Shown here piece by piece: positions 25,401 to 37,245 of a DNA stretch of 64,000 bases (its first letter is position 1; each line of letters opens with the position of its first letter). The notes beneath the pieces are model-generated. The model had not been told where the DNA came from. It saw only the letters and a program-made list of their open reading frames with translations, and searched no databases. Made by a program: the position numbers and the translations under genes. The stretch is taken from assembly GCA_037447605.1 (NCBI GenBank), contig CM074813.1:124001-188000 (forward strand), given 5' to 3'. The DNA is from Zygnema circumcarinatum SAG 698-1b (Eukaryota > Plantae > Zygnematophyceae).

Positions 25401-28400
25401 ACTTTCATGACTACATGTTTTTGGGATTGTTGAAGTCATACCTTTAATATAAAGGTTATGTTCTAAGGTTTGAAGGTCTAATGCCGAGATATCATGGGGC
25501 TGGAGGGCAGATTCAAGCCAAATTCCATGCTCCCAGTATGAGCGTCAGTTCCAGCCACTTCCTGCCGTTGCTAAAGCGCCTCGACGAGTGCATTTCGTGA
25601 GTTGCATTTGTGTCTCTTTACTTGCTCGTTTCATTTTGTACAGGCCAGTTGGCACTTTCTACTATACACATTCGTGTTTTGAAATCATGAAGTATTCCTC
25701 ATGTTTGCTTAGGTTTTCAATCTTCTCGATTCTAACGTGGGGAAAAGGGTGCAGATATGTTGGGAGCAATTTGCAATACAAGCATTCCGATATATATCTT
25801 AAAAAGTTCCGACATTTACAGGTTGGTGCAGTTGGCTCTCTGCTTTCGCAGTTTCCAACCTAGTCGTACCTTTCTCTGACCTCAACTTCCTCAATTCTTG
25901 TTGAGAACACTGAGGGCTTGAACCATGAAAGCTCACATGCTTGTTTTGTTGCTCCCTTTCTTTCCTCGTGGGGTGGAGGAGGTGATGGGGACTTGCAGTC
26001 GAGAGCATTGGGGATGGTGCGTTCACATGCGCTGGCAGTATTACGGAACGCATCGTCTCAGGTAAATCCAACGCTGTTCTTTCTTTCTTGAGGACAGTTA
26101 TAGGGAACTGAGACGAGTCACAGAGATTGGCACATGCACGGCTCCTGTTGGGCTGTTGGACGCAACACCAAGTCAAACACTGCGTGCCCGCCCACTGCCA
26201 CGTGGCCTACGGCCATTGGCTACATAGTACCGTCTGGGACAGCTGTGGCCAGCCAACATTGGCTGCGAGCCTCGTCACACGAGATCTGTCTGAGTGAGAA
26301 TGGACGGGTAGAGCGTGTGGGGAGTGGAGCAGCAGATGGGGGGGAGGTATTTCTTTAGTATCGGCCCAAAGAATGAATGAAATGGAATGGAATGGGGTCG
26401 GACAGGTTCAAGCCGCCATGAGGGAGAACATGGGAGGAGCCAATTCCGGGCAGCTCATAATTTCCGAAGGAGCTGAAACCTCGCTGCTCTATGTCCGCTT
26501 CAAGGCAGCTGCAGGGGAGGTGCGCGCCGGTTGGGACATTTTTGGACTTCGCAGTTAAATCTGAATCAATTAGAATTTTGAAAGGATGACGTCCCTTTTC
26601 TCTCCTCATGGGGAGAGGTAAGAGAGGATAGGAGAACAGTACCGTGAGTCAGTTCGTCTTTCCTATTGCTTTTCCATAGCTGATGCTCTGAAACCTCAAA
26701 CCACGAAACCTTGACTTCAAAACTCTAAAGCGTACTTTAACAACTTTTGTGAGTTTCTTTTGGGCCAGCTGAAAGCGCTTATGGAGGAAATGGAGGCCCG
26801 AGCAGGGAGGAGAGAGTATGCCCAGCTGCTTCAAGACTGCCATACATTGTACTGCGAACAGCGCCTCTCCCTGGTAAGGAGATACCTATGAATACTACTT
26901 ATCTACATTCTATAGAGTAATCCCTTCCATCCCTTCGCTAATGTGCCAAGTCACCTGACATGACAAGTAAACCTCAGGTCTGAGTCTGCCTCAATTTCAC
27001 TTCTTGTGTCCCCTAAGTCCTTTGCTCTGTTTGACACACTCGATTGGGCAGACTTGTGGGCCTTGTGAACCTGAGGATTCCATCCTATCCACTGAGGGAG
27101 TGCCACGTGGCGCCTGCAGGTCCTGGGAGTGGTCCAGCAGCGCATAAAGGAGTACGCACAGAAGGACGCCCTGCCCGCCCTCACGCGCTCCGGGTGCGCC
27201 TATCTCCTGCAGGTGCGGTATGGGGCCATGGGGCCATGGGGCGCGATCATATCATGGGATGGCATGGGATCGCACATGACATACGATTGGAAAATGTGAA
27301 CTTCAGGCATCGCTTGATGTGACTGACATGGCTTGACACGTTACTTTGGAAGGTGGATGAATTGGGGGAGCTTTTTGGCTGGCCTTTTGCAGGTCTGCCA
27401 GCTGGAGCATCAAATGTTTGACCACTTTTTCCCATCCTCGTCTGCCGATTCTTCAAATTTAGCCCCCCTGATCGACCCCTTGTAAGTTTTTTTCCTCAAA
27501 TCCAAAAGCAATTCCGACATAACCCTCTGGTGTTTGCTGCCTTTGACGATCCTCAACCCCTCCAAGGGCAAACTCAGCAACCACCTCCATACTCACAAAC
27601 AACCAAACCCATCCAACAATTCTCTTCCAAGCCAATTGCAATCCTCACTTCCCGAAATCGCTTCGCGTTTGACTCCGTGGTCTGTCTGCCTGTCTATCTG
27701 TCTGCCTGCCACGTGGCCCTTCCGGATTGGGCTTCAGATGCACCGTCCTGTACGACTCCCTGCGGCCGCGGCTGATCCAGTCGGCGGACATGGAGCTGCT
27801 CTGCGAGCTGGTGGACATCCTCCGCGGGGAGGTCCTCGGGGAGCAGCTCCCTCGCCGCGGGGAGGCCGCCGCGGGGCTGCGGCCCACCGCGCTGCGCACC
27901 CTCGCGGACGTGCAGGAGCGACTCACCTTCCGCGCGCAGACCTTCATGCGGGACGAGGTCAGGCAGCCATGGCCGGACGGACTCTGGACCGAAAGGTTTT
28001 TAGGGTTTTCAGGGTTTTTAGGGTTTTTAGGGTTTTTAGGGTTTTTAGGGTTTNNNNNNNNNNTTTCAGGGTTTTTAGGGTTTTTAGGGTTTTTAGGGTT
28101 TTTAGGGTTTTTAGAGAGGCAGGGGTAGAGCTTACGTGTACGGTTGACTTAGTCGAATGGTGTATTTGTTTTGTCGTAACTGGGAGGCAGGTAGCGAACT
28201 TCATGCCGACGGCGGAGGAGTTGGACTATCCCAACATGCTACAGCAGGCCATGGCGGCGGCAGGCACCGGCGAGGTGGGGCGTCTGGAAATTTACGGAAG
28301 GGGGAGGGGGATGTATAAGTTTGTCTGGGTTTAGCGAGGGATGGAAGATGTGAATTTTGAAAAGTGGTCAGGCATCTCATGCTTGAGTCGAGTTTTTTCC

Positions 28401-30215
28401 TGTACTGTCCCAAATGAATTTGCCTCACCTCGTAAAAAAACTGAATCTTGAATTGAAACACTTTTGAATTCCTGAACCCGAAACTAATAAAGTCGTTATT
28501 TCTAACCTGCGACTTAACCAATAGGAGTGTGCCACCTGGCAGGACGAGGAGGGACGTGACGCGTACGCAATGTGGTATCCTCCGCTGGAGAAGACGCTCG
28601 CCTGCCTTTCTAAACTGTACCGCTGTGTGGATACCGGGATCTTTACTGGCCTCGCACAGGTCTCCTCCTTTCTCTCTCTCGCACTCTCTCTTCCCTTCCC
28701 GCCGTGTTCGTCTCATTTCACCCCTCTTGTGAAGAAAGGCTAATTTTTTAAGTCAAATAATGGAGGCTGGGAGATGCGAGGGATTTGCAGGAATCCGTCG
28801 GTGTCTGTTCTGCTTCTATTCAGGTAAGGGAAATCATCCGTTCTCTAGAGGCGGACCGATGAACTGAATTGAAAACCCAAAGGAAACACGGTGTGCTTTG
28901 GGAAACTTAAAATTTGACGATGTTAGAAATTGACTTGCTGAAAGTAGCACATATGCAGAAGTAGCCTACCTCCCTTGTCCCTTCCTCCTTTCCTCCTCCA
29001 GTCCCTCTCGTTGATTATATCGTTTGCAGAGTTGTTTGCTCCAACTTGGTGTTTTTGGTGGAAACTCTGGGCAGCGTGCGAGCAAAATAATCGGTCGAAA
29101 ATCCTCTCAGTTGGACGGGCAGCTTTTTCTCATCAAGCATCTTCTGATTCTGAGGGAGCAGGTCAGAACTTGCCGCATGTGACCACTGATGCTTCCCCTC
29201 GTTTTGCGTGAAAATTGAATGTCGTCAAGGAAGCAAAGGAAAAAATGATGGAAAAGAGAACGAGGTATGAAAGGCTTTCTATTGTGACGATTGACGCTTG
29301 GCAGTTTCTTATTGGCTCTGCAGATTGCACCATTCGACATTGAGTTTGCGGTGACAATCCGAGAAATGGACTTTAGCCACTTGCTGGTAACTAAACTAGC
29401 TTCCTTTTGATCGTGCACACCTGCACCCCATTGGTTTCCAAATAGGGTAATCGCCCACATTTGTTTCGTGCCTTTCAGTAAGAGGAATCAGAGCTGGGAA
29501 TGACTTTTTTTAAGCAGAAACGAGCAATGAGAGGAACATACCTTTCTGCTCGAACGAGATCAGCTTACTGATCACATCCTTGGCCTGATTATTCATTTTC
29601 ATGCGGTTGTGATTTATGAGTTTATAGGACCATTTACGGAGAATACTGCGTGGCCAAGCGTCCTTTCTGAGCTTGACAAGTGGCGCTTCATTGGCGAGGC
29701 TGTCTCCGCGTGTCACGGAGAGCCACGTGGATGCCAAAAAGGTGAACAGGAATCACACGTGCATATTTTTAATCACCAATTGTGGACATAGGGCGCTTCA
29801 AAGCGCTTCAAAGGTAGAGGGAGTGTTATAAGTTGTGCCCTTAAGCGGACCGGCAGCGATGGGTTGGGAGGCAGGATTTGGAGAAGGACTTGAAGGCCAC
29901 GTGCGAACAGTTCATAATGTCGGTCACCAAAATGACGGTGGAGCCGCTCCTTTCCTTCCTTACAAAGGTGACGGAATCTCCCCAATTCCGCCTCATGGAA
30001 CAGGCTGTTCAGTAATGAAATGGAGGAAAAGCATTGCAGGAGGTGAAGAGCTTGTGCAGAGGAAGAAGCAAAAGGGAATGGTTATACACAGATTCGCTTC
30101 TTCTCCCCTTCGCCTTCTCTCTCTCTCTTCCTCCCCCCCCCCTGAGCACTCACCCTTAAAAGGCAGAAGAGTAGAGGGAGGGGGGGGGGGGGGGGGGGGG
30201 GGGGGNNNNNNNNNN

Positions 30216-30248
<33 letters not shown>

Positions 30249-31159
30249 AGAGAGAGGCGGAGGTAAAAAGTCGTGGAAGGGAGGAAAGGGGGCCTCTCAC
30301 CCTCCTAAGAAATATTAGTTGTGCAAATTGATGGCTCACCATCCGACACAAATGGAATCGTCTGATGTTCGACGGTGCAGGTGACGGCTCTAAAGGTAAC
30401 CAACAGCGCAAATCTGTACAAAACCACAATTTCTGACAGCGCGAGCACGGAGGGTCCCTCTGCCGGAAGCGGTCGGAACTTGAGAGAGCAAGCCTTTGCC
30501 ATGCCGGAGAAAGTTGCGGAAATGATGGCCAAGGTGAGACTGCGAGGGAAAGTCCTTGCTGAAGGAAGGGAGCCCTTGCAGAGGGGGGGAAGCAAGTGAA
30601 GGGGAACGGGGGAGACGTTTTGTGTGGCTTTTTTTCTGATTTGGATGTAGGCAGTAAAGAGCAGTCCCTTCCAGTTTAACGAATATCTGTAAGGAGGTGG
30701 AAAGCATTGGAGGTGGCATTAATTGTTTTGTTGGCCGTACGCCATGGCAGGTGGAGGAGTCGCTGAAGCAGGGCTTGCCTGACGTGGTGGCAAAAATGCG
30801 GCTCTATTTACAGAATACAAACACGCGCGCGATTCTTTTCAAGCCCATCAAGTTGGACTTTTGCGCCATACATTTGCCATACATTTGGTCTTTTGCTGCT
30901 CGTTCCTTTCTTCTTCTTCTCTTCCCGTTTTGTGGCTTCGTCCTTTCCGCCATTCCGCTATGTTATGGCTGCTGTCCCTTGCATGGTGCGGGCTCCTTAC
31001 GACACGGATGATTTGGATGGTCCATGCAGGTCCAACATGATGGAGGCGCACACCCAGGTGCTGGCTCTCATCCAGCAGGAGTATGCGGCGGAGGATTTTA
31101 AAATAATCAAAGTGATGCAGCCCCAAGAACTGCAGGCGTACCTCGACAGCCTCGCGTGA
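22486..31159 (+). CDS. COG3: Conserved oligomeric Golgi complex subunit 3, multi-exon
   Basis: Exons match plant COG3: [106 protein letters not shown]-like [27 protein letters not shown], and the last exon ...[10 protein letters not shown]. The start could instead be ATG 22528. Confidence 0.92.
27994..28114. repeat. Interstitial telomere-like array (TTTTTAGGG)n inside a COG3 intron, spanning an N10 gap
   Basis: At least 11 visible copies of the 9-mer, two with a TTTTCAGGG variant. Gap at 28054-28063. The host intron runs about 27958-28190. Confidence 0.9.
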
Positions 31160-31804
31160 CTGAGTCTGCGGCTCGGCAACAAGCGCAAAAGAGAGCAGAG
31201 GGAGCCGAGAGAGGGAGAGAGGGAGGGAGAGGGAGAACGGGCACGGACGCGGATGCGGAGAGGCCACCGACACTTTTTTTTTCGAGTTTGCGCGGATGTT
31301 GTCCATTGTAGAGTTTGAGAAGGTTTCGAAGAGATGGAGGTCATCGCTCCCGCGCTCCGGGCACACGTAGACATGTTTCTTTTGTTGTTTCGGTCTGAGG
31401 CTTGGAGTATGTCCTTTTCGTAGGAGGAGCTTCTTTAGTGGGGCGGTGGTCCCTGTAGTCTTTAACGCCAGTTATACGGGCCGCCTTTTACTATTTTGTA
31501 CATTAGTTCGCGGTTAGCTGCAGGCCATTTATTTCATCAGTTTTACTTCTTAACTCCATTTGAGAAAGCCACTTTAAAAATAGTTTTTCTCGCCCCCTCT
31601 CCCTTCCCGCCCTTCTGCCTGAATCCGCATCTCTTCCGCCTTCCGTACGCCGTACATTTCGGACTGACCGTACAATGCAACAGAGATAGCGGCCGTTCAT
31701 CCGTTAGGGTTCCGCTCGGCGCTCGCGGCAGTGCAGGCCGCCCACTCCGTCTCCATCTCTCCCTCCCTCTGTCTCCCCCTCTCTCCCGCAGGGAGCGATG
31801 ACTG

Positions 31805-34515
31805 ATGCCTCGGCAGTTCCAATTTTGCGGCATATGTCGGCAGAACCACAACGCCGGCAGAGCCCACGTGTACACGCGCGCCCATCAGCGCCGCCTCGCC
31901 GCCAAACTTGAGAAGGCGCTGAACACAATCAAAGAGGTCAAGTTTTTTCTAAAGAATGTGCGTCGTCTCCAGCCGGGAGAAGAGAGCCGGAACAAAGTCT
32001 GGTGCCATTTTTGCGAATCGGAGATCGACGAGCTTGGGAGTCGATTTGTTTGGTGAGGACGTTTAAGTTGCTTTTGGCCTCTTTCTTTTTCTTCTTGTTA
32101 GGGAATTGAAACTTCAAGCAATGAAACTTATGATGTAATACATGCAATAATCTGTTTTAAGTGGTTTTGATATAATACCCTCAACTCACTGACATTTATA
32201 AGATTCACTGTACATTGGGAAAAGCATTCGGTAAGTAAAGTAGAAGAATACAGGAAGTGAAGCAATCTTTCTTGAGACTAAAAATTCATCCTGCCCCAAC
32301 CGTTTTGTTGCTCTGAAGTGAAAAAGCCATTCAACATTATTCAAGCGAGGAACACTCGAAGAAGCTGAAAGCCTATTGGGCAAACCATGGCGCGGACCTT
32401 TCAAAGCGGTCGCTATTTTCCATCTCGAATTCCGAAAAAGAAAAGGTGATTTATGTTCCGAGCTTTCTATAAGTTTGAGGATCTTTTTGTGATGCGATAT
32501 GAACACATTGTGGAGCGAGTTCAACCGTGGGCTCTGCTATAACGTTGTTTGGGCTTAGTGGCGCGACTGACCTCATCCGTTTTGTTCATTTCAGTGGGAG
32601 GAGAAATGCCGGACACTCCCAGAGGGAGAGACTCCACTCTCACCGCCCGTGGAGCGCCAGCTGGCAGCTCCTCCTTCCTCGACGCGAGACAATATCCACC
32701 CAATCTCCCCTTTGTCTTCTTCTGTGAGCTTGTCTTTTGTGGCTGCTCCATCGCCCCTTGCCAGTCTCCCTTTACCTGCCGCCAAAGATGGGAACAAACA
32801 GACTCTCGGAGGTAGCGCCACCTGGACTGCCCAGAAGACGGGAGAAAGCGCCACTTGGCAGCCTGTGGTGCCGCCTTGCTCTGCTGGGGAGGGGTCACAA
32901 GGTTCGCCTCTGCTGCAGGAGGCGTCTGTGCCATTGGAGGAGAGTGCGGTTGCGCCAGGTGGCAGCTCGCAAGTGGTCGAATCAGGCATGTCGATTTCCA
33001 AAGCGAATCCCTCTGAACTCTGAAGATTATTTGGCGAATAGAATATTGCTTCGTTGGGTGCAGGTCCCAAAGCTGCAGCTGTTGTTATTGACGGCGAAGG
33101 GAAGAATGCTGAGTCTTTCGTTCCCACGTTGCACTCGTTTTGCATATTCATGAGTCCAGGCCGAGGGCCCATCATATCAAGACAAGTTTCACTGTCAATT
33201 ATTTAAAGTTGTGGGTTTATCTGTGGCCAAAACAGCGGCTAAAACTGTAATCAGCCAACATGGAATTCTTCAAAATCCGAGCGGACAGCATTTAGGTCAG
33301 AGGGTGTGGGGAGGAGGCATCGTCAAATTCCGTAAGGTACAAAGTTCTGTACATTTCTTTATCGCTGTTTTCGGGTTTGTGTTCAAGCTAAGAGAAATGT
33401 GCATGCAAGCATTACTTTGCAGAAGTAGAGGAAGCTTGAAGTGTCGATGCGAGAAAAGGAGGATGAAGGGTTGTTCTTTTGCATGGCTCAGTTCATTCAG
33501 AGAGAGTAATTGATGATTACTATTTATTTTTTAATAAAAAGGGGTGCTTATGTGCAGGGGGAATGGATCCCATGGCCAATCGACCTCGATGATGAGAGTC
33601 CGAATTGGGACTACAAGAATCAGACAAATTTGGGCGCAATTCCAACTACCAATAATGCTCAAATTTACGAGATGTCAGCCACCCCTTCGATGCCGATTCG
33701 TCATACGCGAGAAGCTTCTGCAGAGGGTGCAGATGCAGCTATGCAATCACTCTCCTTTTCGTTGCAAGCTTTTTGCAATTTTCCTCCTTCCATTCGGCTT
33801 GTCTTTTTGATTGCCTTCTGAAGTTCATGCCCGTATTTAGGTTCGATTCGTCGACTTCTCAAGTTTATCGCAACTTTCCTTTGGCAGGACTTACTGTCAT
33901 CACTCCTCCGCCTCTCCTGCCGGGGGAAAAGAACGTTCACTCGGACGCCCCTCCTCCATGGCTGCTTGAAAGTGAACTTTCTTTAGCAGCTCGTGCGCCA
34001 ACTTCCAGTTCAAGCATCGCCGGAACCTCTTCCTCTGCTTCGCGCAAACGGCGGAACCCGAAAAGAGTCGGAGCCGCATGGGCAGAGCAGAGGCTGGCAG
34101 AGATGGCACGTGTGAAGGATGCGGAGGGAGGGCAGGGAGAGGTGGAGAGAGCGCTGCATGAAAATGAGAGGCTGGGAGGTGGCGACACGTGGCTGCCTTC
34201 CTTTGGAAGAGTGTGGCAGAGCGGATCGAGAAAAGATTCTCGAAAAGAGTTTGAGGCGGAGAAAAAGAGAAGAGAGAACATGGTGCCAAGAGCGGTGAAG
34301 GTTAAGCCGTACGTCAGCAAGCGCCAGGTGGGTGCAGGAAGAGGTGACACCTGGCGCTGTGAACTTAAGTTGTTAGGTCGGGTTCAGGCTCAACGAGGCA
34401 TCCTCCGATTTGAGTATAGCATGAACAATGTGTGGTTGTGATGTGATGCAAGACAGCGTTGTACTCACTTCGGTTTGTGTTTGCCTTGCAGGAGGAGAAA
34501 GGCGCGGTGGACTGA
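31805..34515 (+). CDS. TTL: TITAN-LIKE / CCDC84 (CENATAC) zinc-finger protein, multi-exon
   Basis: N-terminal FCGICRQNHNAGRAHVYTRAH and KFFLKN...NKVWCHFCESEIDELGS. C-terminal NVHSDAPPPWL, NPKRVGAAWAE, WLPSFGRVWQSGSRKDSRKEFE and VKPYVSKR. These match Arabidopsis TTL motifs as recalled. Confidence 0.88.
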
Positions 34516-35057
34516 TGGTTATGTGGCTAGATTAGAGTTCACTTCGGCGGAGAGACTTAGGCTATTCATTGCCGTAGATCAATAGGTCGTAGGTCACATA
34601 CGCCTCCTTGTGCAGCGCGGAGCAATCAAACGAGGGGATTGGAAAAGTCCATCGCCTTTACCATCTGACTGCGACTTGTTGCAGTTCCGTGAATTGAGAG
34701 TAGTCCCTGCGCGTTCATTCCATTCCATTACGAGGCGCCTCTAAAGGCGCAGGCGGACGCGGGCTGATGGGCGCTGTCGGGAATGAATGGCGGAATGCCA
34801 CCGCCCGCACGCCATGGCAATGGGCCCACGGCGCTGTGCGGGTATCCGCCTTTGATTGTTTCCCGCCCCGTGCGACAGGGGATCCCGCTCCTCCCGCGCC
34901 TGCCTCCATCCGTAGCACCGATCGACGGCGAGGAGGCTCCGCAAAACCACATTTCCAATTCCGAGGGGCGTCAGTCGTCGACCTGTGTCACACACGCTCT
35001 GTTTCCGGTTGATATCCCCAAACTGGGGGTGTCAATTTTAGTAAATCTTTCGTAATA

Positions 35058-35308
35058 GGGGGAGTCAGACCTTGACCATCGCCAAATCTATTTCGTAAGC
35101 CTGTCGGGCGAATTAAGCAGTGGCTATGTACGCATTTCGGTTCGGCTGTGTACGACGGAGCCGCGGATCCCGACCCGGAATTCGTACACGAAATAAGTGA
35201 CTTTTAGTAAAAGGAATTCGGGAATCTCGTAAGCGATGGTGATGGAACGCAAAATCTTCCGTTAATCTGATACGAAAACGAGTAATTGGGCAAAGTCAAG
35301 GTCCCCCC
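35058..35308 (-). mobile_element. MITE, second copy (inverted relative to the 50729 copy), with a disrupted right end
   Basis: 35058-35240 aligns gap-free to the reverse complement of 50746-50928 with about 14 mismatches in 183 bp. It starts TA|GGGGGAGTCAGACCTTGACCATC. The second TIR is missing; a partial GTCAAGGTCCCCCC at 35295-35308 is followed by A15. Confidence 0.8.
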
Positions 35309-35375
35309 AAAAAAAAAAAAAAATCCTAATGTCTCGTCAGTAAATGGCAGGGAAGGTTGCCGGCCCCCTTCCCCC

Positions 35376-35485
35376 GGGGTGGCCAATTGTCAGCCGACTA
35401 AATGACTAAACAAAAAATGACTAAATATAGCGACGATTTAGTCCTAGTTATTCCCGCAGCCATGGCTGACTATTTGCGACTAAAG
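35376..35485. repeat. Cluster of GACTAAA motifs behind a GGGGTGGCCAATT end; possible transposon subterminal region
   Basis: GACTAAA at about 35396, 35404, 35419 and 35478, GACTATT at 35468, and an inverted TTTAGTC at 35437. Flanked by the inverted pair GTCAGCC/GGCTGAC. Confidence 0.4.
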
Positions 35486-37245
35486 CCAGACTGTCAGCGT
35501 GACGTGATTGTGACGCCATCAACCGCTTCGAATCCGCGTAGTGCATCTTGTGCTGACGTGGCGGTCGGCGAGAGGCTGCGAGGGCCCGTTGCCAACTGAC
35601 CGATCCATGACGTCACGGAAGCTGTACCGCGCGGCCGTTTGGTCAGGTCCGCCTGCCCGCCGGAACGTCGAACCGCAAAGCGCGCGAGCGGAGGCCGCAT
35701 ACGACAAGCGGCGGCAGCAAGTCCCTAGTCGGTCCAAAATGGTAGTCACCACTTGCGCATACGACAAAACCATCGTCCAGAACTTGCCGAAGAGTTTTCA
35801 CTCCGGACAATCTGCGCCGCCGGCTGGACAATTCGCTGACCCCGTCGGTAGCGACCACGTGGAGGAAAAACGACTTTTATTGGCGTGTAGCGTCCACTCC
35901 ATACAAATTCATCATAAACGACAAATCTTAATGTGACAGCGCCCAGTACGGGGCACCTTTGTCGCATGAATTTTTTTGTCGTGTAGCGCGTTTGACCTAT
36001 GGCACGCGCATAAAGCGACAAAACAGAGAATCCCGGATCTCCGCGCGGTCTCCGGACGGCCCGACCTCTTTCGGCCAGGCGAAAGGCCCGCACGTGCGAG
36101 GCCTGGGGCGTCCGCCGGTCTCGCGTTTTGTTCCCTGCGGACGACGGCCGCGTTCCATGCGGACGTCACGGAGCCGTTTAGCTGTTTGAGATTATTGCCC
36201 GCGAGGGGCGCCGCCGGGCGGTTAAAACCGGTGTACGGGCTGGCCCGGAGAGTAACTGTCGACTGACGGATCGGTTTTTCGGCACCTTCAGTTGCGCTGG
36301 CGCTGACCCTCGGCACGCAAAGGAGGGGCCGTACGCACGCACTGTCCCTGAACCCGACCGATTACGTCAACCGGAAAACGCGCCTCGGACTTGAGATACT
36401 AATGTCCGTACTTCGCCAAATTTCAAACTTTGTCGTATCAAACCGTGAATACCTTCCGCCCGTTCATCCTCGGCCTGCCATCCGGCGCCGGACTTACCTA
36501 CCCGCCGCCAGCCACCGGAAACGTGTGTCGTTTCTACCCGCTGCCTACTCAATATTGGAACGGCACCCGCGCCCCTGAGGCACCTTGCCCGCCGCGTGCA
36601 ATACCGGCCATAACCACCACGGTACGGTCCGCCGCCCGCCGTCTCCGTCACCTCGACAGTTGAGCCCCGCCGGAGGAGGTTGAGGTATAGGGAAAGAGCC
36701 TCGGGCAGAACGGTTAGCAGGACAGGAAGGCACGGCGCCATGGCGGCTCCTTCGTGCTAGACCCTGCCCTCTTCCTCTCTCCTCTCTCCTCTCTCCCCCT
36801 CTACCCTCTCTCTCGCCATCGCTTTAATCATAGACTTTCAATAATACGCCCTGCTGTACTGGAGTGGAGAAAAGGAGGCGTTTGCAGCGAAGGAAGGAGC
36901 AAGGACGAACGCGCGCAGGGAGGAGTTCAGTCCGCTGAAAATTAGGGCAGGACCTCTCACAAAGGAAGGAAGGGGCACAGCTGGGAAAGCAAGGAAAGGC
37001 ATCACAGGGAAAGCAGGCGTTCCCCTGCAAGCATCATTACTGACATCTGTCCTTCTAACTCTTTAGAACAGAAGCCGCAGAGCCCTAGGACCTATTCTTG
37101 CCCTCATCTCTCCTATTTGTTGAGGATACCCACATTCTGACAGGTAGAAAAGCCGAGCAGACTAGCAGGCCCACCGTCCCTCGCACTCTCTCTTCCCATA
37201 CTAGCAGCTCCTTAGACCCCATCTTTCGGGTCGCAACCAGCCGCC

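Noticed and set aside
34712-34790. Short nested hairpins (TTCATTCCC/GGGAATGAA, GCGCCT/AGGCGC)
   Set aside because: Stems are too short, and no snRNA, snoRNA, SRP or RNase P motifs were recognised.
35520-35545. CTTCGAATCC, similar to a tRNA T-loop
   Set aside because: No acceptor, D or anticodon stems could be built around it.
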